From Pseudovirgaria hyperparasitica (taxonomy: Eukaryota), in the NCBI GenBank assembly GCA_010093815.1, contig ML996565.1: 64,000 nt of DNA. One strand, 5' to 3'. A model generated the notes under the pieces. The model was given only the letters and a program-made list of their open reading frames with translations, was not told where the DNA came from and did not search any database. Position 1 is the stretch's first letter. Each line of letters begins with the position of its first letter. This document shows positions 50,036 through 61,404 of this stretch, in pieces. The translations under genes were made by a program, and so were the position numbers.

Positions 50036-50620
50036 GTAAAAGAAGAAAGAGCGGGTGAAAGACGTACTTTGCGTCTGACTCAGACACAAAATATTTCGTC
50101 GGATAAGTCTATGATCACGACTGCGGTTGCTGGAGCGAGAACAGGGGGATGACATAGATCATAAATGTGTTGAATAAGGTCAAGACCCAGGACACCAGTT
50201 TGTATTGAATGAGAGCGGATTTCACATGTCTCATAGGCCCTTCGAAGGGCTGAATGAGAATAAGTCGATGGTCGAAAAGTTGGAAGAAGTTATCCAACGG
50301 TTCGGTAGTCTTCAGGTAATACGATCCTGGTTGACTCTTAGCCATAGGAGCCTGAGCTCAACGAGTCAAAGATAGTAAATCTCTAGTGTTGATACAAAGC
50401 ATAGGTCATCTATACATGAGAGGAGGGGAGAGCTATAGCCGAGTAACGGCTGGAGTATAGCAAAGCAAATGCGCCGCGCTCCTGACCAAAATGCATCCGA
50501 CAGCTTGACTATGCATACTGAACAACCATGGTTCGGCAAGTACGTGTATCCTAGATAGTCTTATGAAACCATGTGCGTCCTCTGTGTATCCTTCTTTCAT
50601 GTCCATTCGACGCTGGGCGA

Positions 50621-51402
50621 TTACTCTTCATTGTCAAAAAAAGTCTTCCGAGTCAACGCCCATGCACCAGCAATGCTTGCGACAATGCCACCGGAAATCA
50701 GCATTGGCTTGAGGCCTCGGGTACTCTTGAAAACCATTCCACTGAGGCCCCCTGCAACGATGCTGTTCGCCGCGTCATGGCGTCCGCGTGCATATCCTAT
50801 CGTGGAGTTGATACCTGATTAATTGTCAGTACCAGGTAAAGAGGCTGGTTGTAAGTCTATTCTTCGTCCAACTCACCATTGTAGACCATAGCAATCACGC
50901 CGGCGGAGTTTCCCAGAAAAGGACCCCGTCTCGTTACTGCGTTGAGTACGTAATTCATTCTTAGGCGTGGCGTTGCTGTGACCGGACTTCGATTCCATCC
51001 TTCTGCCAAGCCCCACGCACCACCGACTGTGAGTGCTGAGAGATATGTGACGCCGGTTCCGTAGCATAGATCATCACTCCATCCTCGAGATGGCAGCGCG
51101 CTACGCGAGCCGGGCAAGTCTGAGAGAACGGAGTCTTCAAGTGTCAAATAGTCTAGAGTATCTTGGTTGACATTGGCGAGAGGATGCAATGAAGCGGCGT
51201 CAAACATGAAGCTTGTTGTAGGTGCGGAGATGGTGTCAGACGTGAAGGGGGAAGCGGATGAGGAAGAGGCGTTATCGTCGAAGGTTGAGGTGGGAGTGGT
51301 CTGCGTTGTCGGAGAGGTGGACTTCCGCCCAGTGAGAGTATCCCATCTATAACTGGTTAGGCACGAGCGTTTGGCATAATGATTAGATGCCTACATCGTC
51401 AT
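50621..51402 (-). CDS. TIM23: Mitochondrial inner-membrane translocase subunit Tim23, 3 exons
   Basis: MTIWDTLTGRK; LHPLA; PSRGWSDDLCYGTG..YL; LNAVTRRGPFLGNSAG; GGLSGMVFKSTRG. Confidence 0.93.
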
Positions 51403-52290
51403 GTTGGATGTGGTATGCGACTATAGGAGAGGGGATGTTGAGGATATCAATCGCGGAAAGGTTGGAAGGAGCGAGATCTAGAGCGGCATCCACAAAGTGT
51501 TGCAAGGAAGAAGGTAATAGATAACAGCGCGACGAATGAAAGAGGATGAAAGCGCGCGTCAAGGGGGAAGTCTTCTCATCCGGACAGTAATTCAATCAGC
51601 CAGACGATGAGTTTTTAGAATCATTGACAAGGATTAGGTTTTTCCGAGGTGGAAGCGTGTAAGGCACAAGTGGTCGACATAAGGCACGCGATATATCAGG
51701 CATCAAGGCGTCAGGTCGAGTCCCTCATCCAAGCTAGTACCAGTAATTATCGAGGCTCCATAGAATCCATTAGTACTGATGACTACCTTGGTAATACTAA
51801 TTAACTCATCAACCTAGTAACCTAACAGTTCCGGCTCCAATAGCGCACACGAATTATATTCGACCTCAATTTTAAATTGGAAGGCGAAAGTGTGGCGCTA
51901 CAGCAAAGACGCGTTCTGAGAGCAATGAGGACATGCTGAATGTTGAAGGCTTTCGACGATATTACAGGCCACAACTATCACAAAGTCGGAGGCTTCGTTG
52001 ATATTAGCAACTTAAGCGATATTAATTACTTCCTATGGCCTTGCACGAATCGAATCCGTCATTGTAGCTACGATTCTGACGTATTCGATAAGGTAGGCCT
52101 CGATCCTGGTCTGTGCTCTTCAGGACTGCAGGGAACCATGCCAAGCTCAAGCCACCCGGCCGATCAGATCTCGCGCAAACCTACAGTAGAACAAAAACTC
52201 CCCTTCCTTTGCAAACACCTTTGCGATCAACCTCATTCTTCACGTCGCGCCGTCTGCTCGCCTCCAATTGTGTCTACTACATCGCTCAAT

Positions 52291-54307
52291 ATGGCTGCAC
52301 AACGCGGTGAAGCTGCGGACTACTATAGCAATACTGGATCTGAATATGTGAACGGCCAGCAAGGATACCCACCACAACAGGGTTACCCACCAACTGAGGA
52401 GCAGAAGTCCCAGCAACAACCCCCACAGTACGGTTACCAACCGCCGCCGAATGGAGAGAAGCAGACCTTCGAGCAAGCTTTCAAACTAGATAAGCCAAAA
52501 TGGAACGACGTGTGGGCAGGTATTCTTGTACGTCGATGATGCATTCTGATTTGCGACCACCAAACTCTGTACTTACACCTTTCGCGCAGTTCATCGTTGT
52601 ATTTCTTGGCTATACAGCTGTCAGTGGAATTGCGCTTCATGGTTACTGTAAGTAGCTATGCTCTGTATATTACGTCAATGTACTAACTGTCATCCTGTAG
52701 CAAGCAATAGCGCACGTACTGGAAATGGAATTTACGGCGCATCTAGTCTCGCTCTCGATAACAACACTATTATTCTATTCGCTTTTGTTCTCGCAGTCGC
52801 CATTGTTCTTAGCTATGGCTATGTCTGGCTGGCCCGAATGTTCACTAAGCAGTTCATATGGGTGACGGGCATCCTCAACATTGTCTTCGCATTTGTCACT
52901 GCCATCTATATGCTCTCCCGGAAATACTACTCAGGAGGAATTGTGTTTCTTATATTTGCCGTATTCGCAGCCTTCTGTTTCTGGACGTGGATTAAGCGCA
53001 TTCCATTTTCCGTACTCATGCTGCAAACGGCCATCGACGTGTCCAAGAACTTCGGGCATGTTTATCTAGTGAGTTTTCTCGCGGGCTTGCTAGCTACTGC
53101 CTTTGGAGCTTGGTATTCAGTCACTTTGGTTGCCATATACGTCCATTATGAGCCGGGAAATAACCCAGCCTGCAACACTGGAGCTGGTGGTGGCTGTAGC
53201 AGTGGCAAGGTGATCGGCCTGATCGTATTTGTCACATTCGCAATGTACTGGATTAGTGAAACACTCAAGAATCTGACCCATGTCACGTAGGTCGTTGGAA
53301 TGCACATGAAAATAGACGCTGCTAACACGATATTAGGATCTCAGGTGTTTACGGGTCGTGGTACTTTTGCCAAAATAACTTTCCCAAAGGTGCCACTCGG
53401 GGAGCATTGAAACGCTCATTAACTTATAGCTTCGGTAGCATTAGCTTTGGTAGCTTGATTGTTGCAATCATCAACTTCCTTCGCCAGCTCTGCTCAGTTG
53501 CTCGCCAACAAGAAGCAGCCCAGGGCGATATGGTAAGTTCCGCCCATTCCTGATTGTCATATCGTGAATCATCACCAGACTGAGCGCGAGCTGACGAATA
53601 TCGCCAGGTTGCGAGTATATGTTTCTGTGTCCTCGGTTGCCTTATTGGGATCCTCGACTGGGCGGTCTCATTTCTCAACCGATATGCCTTCTCACATATT
53701 GCACTCTACGGTAAAGCGTACATTCCCGCTGCAAAGGACACCTGGACGTAAGTGGATATTTCGTTGTTCAACCATCACCATCAAGCTTTCACATCTAAAT
53801 AACAGGGCGATTCTGCCCGTCACCTGGGCAATTACAAAGCATACTCTATACGAGAAAATAGCTACATATACCAGCCACTAACACTGTATCAGCATGATCA
53901 AACAGCGCGGCATTGACGCACTTGTCAACGAATGTCTCATTGGACCTGTTCTGACCATGGGCGCAACCTTTATTGCTTACGCATGCGCCCTCTTAGCGTA
54001 CCTGTACGTGGTTTTCACGGACCCAGCATACAACAAAGACGGAGGCTTCACTCCAGTCATCGTTGCGTTCGCATTCCTTGTTGGGCTGCAAATTGCCAAC
54101 ATATTTACGACGCCTCTTTCGAGTGGCATCGACACGATATTCGTTGCCTGTGCTTGGGATCCTGAGGTTCTGATGCGCGATCATCCGGATATGTATGCGG
54201 TACGTCGTCCAAGCTCTAGAACTCCTGCCACCCAGTGACATAGCTGATATTACCTGCAGAGAATGGTTTCAGTATATCCACAGGTACAACAAGCTATTCA
54301 TGCCTGA
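52291..54307 (+). CDS. PNS1: Choline-transporter-like protein Pns1 (CTL family), multi-exon
   Basis: FEQAFKLDKPKWNDVWAG, RIPFS..L, ISGVYGSWYF, SFGSISFGSL, FLNRYAFSHIALYGK.YI.AAK.TW, SGIDTIFV. Confidence 0.9.
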
Positions 54308-54499
54308 ACCCGTTTTGCGGAGCCGAGATGTGACACGGACAGAGCAGGATTATCATGAACATGTTGCGTTACACGCTAGAGATCCACTTCCATCCTCATG
54401 ATAATACTAATTTGAGGTTGGCTAGTACTATTTCTCAAGTGACATCGTTTTTGGTTATGCCTCACTTGGAGTTCGTTTCTGACTCACCTGAGGTTCGTT

Positions 54500-54800
54500 G
54501 GGTAGTAGTAATGGTCTATGTTTTATAACTATATAAATTACCTATTGAAATCTAATATACTTTAATACTATATTCTAGAGATATATAGGTATTATAATAG
54601 CTAGGTCTAAATACTCTGTACTTCTCTCTATCTAATCTAAATCTCTTAATTCACACTCTAAATTTAATTAGTACTATTCGCGACGATTAGGTTATTAGTC
54701 GACCAGCTAAAGGTAGGACGGACTATAGGTAAGCTAAAAAAACGAATTCTTGATAAGCTGTATTCTAACATGTTTCGACACTCTAGCATGTTTCAATGTA
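54500..54800. other. AT/TpA-rich patch (possible RIP signature); similar sequence at ~55840-56650
   Basis: Dense TA/TAG/CTA dinucleotides flanking the secreted-protein gene. Confidence 0.5.
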
Positions 54801-55019
54801 GTGACATATTCTGGTGTAGTGACATACTCGTGAGACAATTACCTCATTAGAGCCAAACTAGGGTTCCCAGTTCCTCTCACGCCATACTTATTCTAGTAAT
54901 TTCGCTCCACAAAAGTCGCTCGAATAGTATATATGTGTATGAGCTATGAATACTTCAAACTCTGGGCTTGGCATGATATGACACTGTAGGTCACTCAGGG
55001 AAAAAGTGCAATCTGCTGT

Positions 55020-55250
55020 CGAGTCCAAACCATTATAAACCCCAATCTATTAACGAGTCCAATCCATTATCGATTCCAATCTATTATAGAGTCCATTCAT
55101 TATCGAGTCCAATCCATTATCGAGTCCAAGCCATTATCGCGTCCATTCATTATCGAGTCCATTCATTATCGAGTCCAATCCATTATTACCTCTACTCCAT
55201 CATCGAGTTCCATCTACTATCGATCGAAATCTATTAGCGAGTCAAACCCA
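55020..55250 (+). repeat. Degenerate 16-17 bp minisatellite, consensus CGAGTCCAATCCATTAT, about 13 copies
   Basis: Units such as cgagtccaatccattat, cgagtccattcattat and cgagtccaagccattat read consecutively. Confidence 0.9.
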
Positions 55251-55287
55251 GGTTCGAGCGACCGATCGCGAACTTCGAACCTCTACC

Positions 55288-55839
55288 ATGCATTTCTCTC
55301 ACGCTCTTATCACTATAGTAGCTAGCACCTGCGTAGTTAGCGCCTATCCTGGTCTTCACGAAAACACTGTCGTCGCCGTTGAGGGCCGTGGCATAGACGA
55401 TACAGCCACGGGACCACGCTATAGCCCTCTCGTCGTGAACGGCGACGAACTACACACGTCCAAAGACATTGAAACAGGAAAAGTCGTATGCACCACGAAT
55501 CTCCACGATGTTGACAAGGGCGGGAATCTACAGAGTGCCAAAGACCAACAAATCCAATGGGTCGAGCAAGGAAGAGGTAGCACCGAAATAGAGTTTAATA
55601 TTGGGAGGACTACTATGGAAGTAGGACAGGCTGGAGATTTGATTAGTTATGTCACAAACAGGGGTGGCAAGCAAACTGCCCATGTGGATGATATTAGGTG
55701 GATGCATTTTTATATTGACAGAGACTGTACTTCAAAGGGCCAGGTGGGCTATTACTGGGTACCCAAGTGGAAGGTTTGGTACGGCTGGGGCTACTTAGAA
55801 CGACAACCATTCTTTGGGGTTCCTGCTAATCATTTTTAG
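55288..55839 (+). CDS. Small secreted effector-like protein, 183 aa
   Basis: Signal peptide MHFSHALITIVASTCVVSA, pro-region ending EGR, intronless, C-terminal IDRDC...GYYWVPKWKVWYG. Confidence 0.75.
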   Translation: MHFSHALITIVASTCVVSAYPGLHENTVVAVEGRGIDDTATGPRYSPLVVNGDELHTSKDIETGKVVCTTNLHDVDKGGNLQSAKDQQIQWVEQGRGSTEIEFNIGRTTMEVGQAGDLISYVTNRGGKQTAHVDDIRWMHFYIDRDCTSKGQVGYYWVPKWKVWYGWGYLERQPFFGVPANHF

Positions 55840-57500
55840 TATCGTCTATACATGTGCTCGAAAACCTAGGTATAAGCTATAGTATTGTAACAATTTCTAG
55901 CTGAAATACTATGTAGAGTACTCTTTATATGTATTTATACTCCCTTTTCCCCCCTTAGTTCTTGGTCTATCGGTCGTGTCCTCAAGAGCACGCTCTAGAG
56001 AATGTATAACGCGCGTGTGATAGAACTACGGTTTTTTCTTTACGAAGGGTGTTGTCTAGGATGCAACTAAGCACCCGGCTTACATTCCAGAGATTACGCA
56101 GTGGATATCTACCAGCGTAGGTTCACAAGCTTTGAGTAAGTAACCCTTCTTGGGTGAATAGTGTTAGGAAGCTACAATTCGGTGACGCTTGTGATGTTGA
56201 GAAGTCCGACAAGGCAGTATTGGTAGATATACTAATTCTCTTTGTAAAGGAAAAATATAGCGAACAAAGGAATGTTAGGAAGCGAGGGGTTCAGCTAAGG
56301 TAATAATATTGGTTGCCAGTGAGTATATACAGCTCGATAGAGGCTAGATACTTCACTCTAAGGTAATGCCATAGTATGGGTCTTAGAATGGGACGTACCC
56401 CTTAGTATCTTTATCAACGGTATTAAACTTGATTATCGGTGTCTCCCTAGCTTGCTCAGCGGTATAGTGAGTTTGTCTTCGGTTGATATAATTGGTAGCT
56501 GATGTTATCGCACTGTCTGGATGACAGTACTAACTATTGAATGAAGTTGTTGTATTAGAGAAAGAGTTGAGTCTCTAGGAGACAGTTTAAGTACAAAGTG
56601 CTAAGTGCTAGCGTTCCATATGAGAGTAGTTCCTTCCACACTAACAGTACTTCTCGGCTGATGATGATATTGCGATATCTGCGACAATCAATCTTGACGT
56701 ACAATAATGATACTCAGCACGATCAACTAACATTCATGCGCCTGGACTAATCCTGGAGAACTCCAGCGGTGTTCATGTCCTTACGGCGCGATATTTGGTA
56801 GGACTTTCCAGCCAATGGGCTGCTGAGTCATGAATGGGCCAACCTACCTCTTAGGTAATAAAGGGACATTCAAATTCAGGACTTTGCATTCGGATCATGT
56901 ATCTTAGGCATCCGTACATGCGCGCGCATCTACTGTCCCGTCAACTCGCGGCCTCTGTGCCAGCATCATGCGAGGGTACCGACCCTTCATTGGCGATCAT
57001 GCCGTATCTCTACTGGCGCGGCGGATACGAATCCATGCAACCTCCATATGAAGCTGGAGTACGCCACTGATGCTCGTCAGGATTGAATGAAGGGAGGGGT
57101 AGTTTTTCGTGCCGCCGGGCTTGTCGCCTCTTTCACTGCATCAAGACTGGGCCGATCCCACCTTCCAAGGTTCCAAGGTTGTATTTACCAACAAAATTTC
57201 ACCCCAAACAAACCTTTGCCCCTGTTACTCGAAACCTTCACTTCATCTGCTGTGAGTATCTTAAACCCAAACCAACACCTCCTTGTCCCATCAAAACGTT
57301 ATATCCAACCAATTCGTTGACTGACAGGGGCGTGCATAGCTTTCCAGCCCCTCCCTCCCCGCCGCACATACACGTCACCCCCACTCGTCCTGCATTGTAC
57401 AGGCTAGACAGCTTATTTCACTCACCGCTTTTACCCTATAAATTCGTCAACGATCCTGAGAGCCCCTCAGTCTTCAGACACCTTCTCATACTCCCTCACA

Positions 57501-58740
57501 ATGTCTTACACAAAGAAAGCTGTGCACTTTGGTGGTGGTGCCATCGGACGTGGCTTCGTTGCCGAGTGAGAACCAACCAAGCTCATTACTTGTGGGAACA
57601 CCATTGACAAGATCGTTCAGGTTTTTACACAACTCCGGCTATGAAGTCACTTTCGTTGATGTCGACCGTAAACTCGTGGACAACCTCAACAAGATTCCAT
57701 CATATGTGATTACCGAAATTGGAGATGATGGCGAGAGGCAATTCACCATTGACCACTACAAAGCTCTCCATGGCATAGATGATTTCGCCACGGTTGTGAA
57801 AGCGATCGCCGAGGCTGATGTTGTCACCTGTGCTGTCGGGCCCACCATTCTGCCACGCATCTCGAAACCTGTGGCTGAGGCCATTGCAGTACGAGAACTC
57901 GATTACCCCCTCGCTGTCATTGCTTGCGAGAATGCTATCAACGCCACAGATAACTGGCGTGGGTTCATCGAAGGGCATGTAAAAGCAGAATATCTCAAGG
58001 ACGGAAAGATTCCATCGGACTCATCGAAGGCTCGCTTCGCCAACAGTGCCGTCGACCGCATTGTCCCCAAGCAACCTGAGGGCTTCGTCTTGGATGTTAA
58101 GATCGAGAAGTTTTATGAATGGTGCGTCGAGGAAGTGCCATTCGAGAACGGTGGAAAGAAACCCGAGATCAAGGGAGTCCACTTCGTCAAGGACCTACAA
58201 CCTTATATTGAGCGCAAGCTGTTCACCGTCAATACCTCTCATGCTACTGCTGCATACTATGGATACAACGCAGGTATTGGCCTCATCCATGAAGTCCTTG
58301 CCGACAAGAAGATCCATGATACCATTCGTGCAGTCGTGAAGGAGACCGCTCACCTGATCTCCAACAAGCACAAGATCGACACAAAGGAGCAGAACGACTA
58401 CGTTGAGGCTATCATCAAGCGGATATCCAACCCGGCTCTTGAGGACAAAGTTCTACGTGTCGGTCGTGCTCCTCTGCGTAAGCTGAGCCGAAAAGAGCGG
58501 TTTATTAACCCTGCTGCTCACCTTGTTGAGATGGGTGAGAAGGTTGACAACCTCCTCGGAGCCATCGAGATGGGTTTCCGCTTCCAGAATGTCGAGGATG
58601 ACGAGGAATCTGTCGAGCTAGCTAAGATCTTGAAGGAGAACAGCGCTGAAGATGTGGTCACCAAGGTCTGTGGACTCAAGAAGGATCATGGTCTATACCC
58701 TCAAGTCGTGGCGGTTGTCAAGAAAGTACAGGCCTCATAA
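57501..58740 (+). CDS. mpdA: Mannitol-1-phosphate 5-dehydrogenase (intron 57566-57620)
   Basis: KKAVHFGGGAIGRGFVAE, TCAVGP, IACEN, FANSAVDRIVP, PYIERKLFTVNTSHA, RVGRAPLRKLS..ERF. Confidence 0.95.
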
Positions 58741-59815
58741 AGGTCACGCCTTTGAGGATCTCATGCAGACGGTTAATGATCTGATAAACCCCAACCATAG
58801 ATGGTGGGATTGGTAGATCATTAGCTCTCGTGCCTTAGAACCATTTATATTATCTGCATAAATATCTGCTCGAACAAATCAATTCCTGTTGGCAGATGAA
58901 TGGCCAGAGTTTTTTTGACTCCCATCGTTTCTCTTCGTACGGAGCTGTGCCTTACCTTTGGCTTCATTACAAGCACTTTCATGACTTATTGCTTACACTG
59001 CTTCTTCCTCCTACGTCCCGTCGGATCCCTAGCATTCTAATATCATTATGTCCAATATAGTCTCACATAGCCTATTTTTCTTGAAGGATACAATTTGGCA
59101 CGGCTTCCAGAGAGCTTTTACGGCTTTCCGTATGAAAATACACCCATGACCATCGAATTGGAGCAAGTAACAGGTAGTCAAAAACATCTGGAAGCGATCC
59201 CAGAATCCCCTGAGAGGAGGCATTCGTCTCACCACCGTTGGAAGAACTCCTGAGTGGTGTAATCTACTAAACGTACAATGCCATCCTCTGCAATCGTGAC
59301 AAGGCCTGCGTCTTTTGGATACTGTGTCCCTCAACGTCGTGCATCTTGTCTTCCGGTAAGAGCATGGCACAGCTCTGCCACGTGTAACAGTCTCTGTAGC
59401 ATACGTAGTACAACACGATGGGCATCTGTGAGCTGTCGATTGACTATTATTTAGATGGTTTGTATCGATTCTATCCCGTGTATCGCTGTTGATATGATTA
59501 TATAAGGCAAAGATGGTTTTCTTTTCTCGATTTACGAAGCTTTCTAATAATAGCCTGAACAAGCTTCTGCTATAGCTTGCTTGTACACACGTTGTAACCC
59601 TAGGGGTATATCAGTGCCGGATTTGTTCTAGGGGCTAGTATGAAGAGCGAAAGCGAGCGTAGAACTATAGAAGAGAGATCGAAATGCTACTAAACTACGT
59701 GTCGAGTCAAGGCATATAGATGTGAAAAGATCCTATTAAGGCTAACGCGAGGACCCCATAAAACAGTCCTGACCTCGCAGCAATGCGCCGATATCGTATA
59801 CACATATGTATAGCC

Positions 59816-60573
59816 TCACGAAAGTTGCGACGCCAGCGCAGTAACCTGATCCAGCAGATCCGCGCTCTCCCCAGCGGCATTCTTTGTTACCTTCCCCAAC
59901 AGATGCTCCACCGTCTGTCCGGGGTCTGAGATTGCCTCGCCCTGCGCTGTCTTGATCCGGGCAACTTGGAAAGCAAGAAAGAACTTGGGTACTTTGATGG
60001 CTAAGCTGCCCCCTTCGCTTCGAATTCCTGCTTCGGTAGCGAGGTAGACGTTGAGTTTGTCTTGGAAGGTAGCCAGGGACGTCGATGCTAGAGGGTCAGA
60101 TGTGGCGAATTCGCTGAGGGCGAACTGGAGCGGGGATTGAGAGGATGCGGAGAAGTCTATGGAAGAGAAAGTGGTGCTGCCGGATGTTACGTCTGGTACG
60201 TTGCCGATCGTTGTCACGTCGGCAGAGCAGGTTATGGTTGAGGCGAGGGAGGTGGCGACGTCAGCTACTTCGGCGGGAAGAGTAGTGGTGCCAACGAGGA
60301 AGCAGGCTGATTGACGGGTTTGGAAGGAGAAAGGTGCTACGATTCGTCATATTAGATATTGTAGCTTGCTAACGATTAAGAAGTTGACATGTCCATATGA
60401 TAACCACTACTAGGACATCGAATTTGCGACGCGGTGGCTAGGGAGAAGTGCCAAAGTGTTGTCGTTAGGCTAATGCCCTGTAACCGGACAAGGACAAGAA
60501 GAAACCTACTTGCGTCGACGACATATGCCGCTGTGAAAGCCAGGATCAGGAAAGCCTCGTTGATGGAGTACAT
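59816..60573 (-). CDS. Small secreted hypothetical protein (intron 60337-60509)
   Basis: Signal peptide exon MYSINEAFLILAFTAAYVVDA; GTAGGT...CTAAT...TAG intron; exon 2 TRQSACFLVG...ITC...YLATEAGIRS...IKVPKFFLAFQVARI. Confidence 0.75.
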
Positions 60574-61404
60574 GGTTACTGGCGTTTGACTTCGTTGGTA
60601 TAGGAATATAAGATGTGATATAGACTTGGAACAAGAAATGTAGTGACAGTGGTAGTTGATATTAGACAGAGCAAGTAGCGGACATAGGAGATCTTATAGC
60701 TTAGCTGTGGCATAGTACTGACACCTCTATGCTGGTTGTAGATAATTTCACCTGTAGCCGAACTGTTTGACAAAGGCAGGGGACAGCGAGGCCTTGTATC
60801 AGACTATCACATATAAATGGAATGAATAGTCAGCACCCAAGTAGCTCTTGACCTGATCTTCGGCATCTCTGGAATAGGAAAAAGAGCATATATGTTGAAT
60901 CGTTCGATTTCGCAATGAAGGTTAGATCGAAGCAGCCTGAATTGTAACTATTGCGTCAAGAAAAGTGGTGATACGAGGAACCAAGTCATTTTCTCTATAA
61001 CCGCTCGCGTAGATTGGGGGTTGTATCAAGCCGTTCTTGAAACAATCCCTAACGTTTGACATGCCTGTGCCTGTCGGTTAGAGCCTTAGCGACAAGAGTA
61101 TCTAGGCAGGTTAGACGATTTCATTTGGAGAAGGAGCTTGATATGTCAGATCACGTATATCGTAACGGCAGACGGTACATGATTTGGATGACGGAAATAT
61201 AGAGAGAAGAGGTTATCTGGTCTAAGGATTTGGTTTAGCGCTGGTGGACTTATGACAGGGCTGTGCACGGTCCCTTATATTCAATTCTTGGCAAACAACA
61301 CGCATCATCGGTTCTTTACGCGCCACTTCATACATTGTCCGGCCAGGAACCTCTCCGCCGCTCAACAAGCTCACTATCTTCCACAACAGAAGTGCTTGAT
61401 AAGT

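Noticed and set aside
50033..50077. Read-through extension of URA5 (TGA GTA)
   Set aside because: Extension ends in VLCV, with no targeting signal
55020..55250. CRISPR-like appearance of the repeat array
   Set aside because: Units are directly adjacent with no unique spacers; eukaryotic context; no cas genes
55900..56750. Possible transposon remnant
   Set aside because: TpA-rich, but I found no terminal repeats or transposase/RT motifs by eye
59029..59562. 177-aa Cys-rich ORF
   Set aside because: Non-ATG start, no recognisable domain or codon bias; treated as spurious pending RNA data
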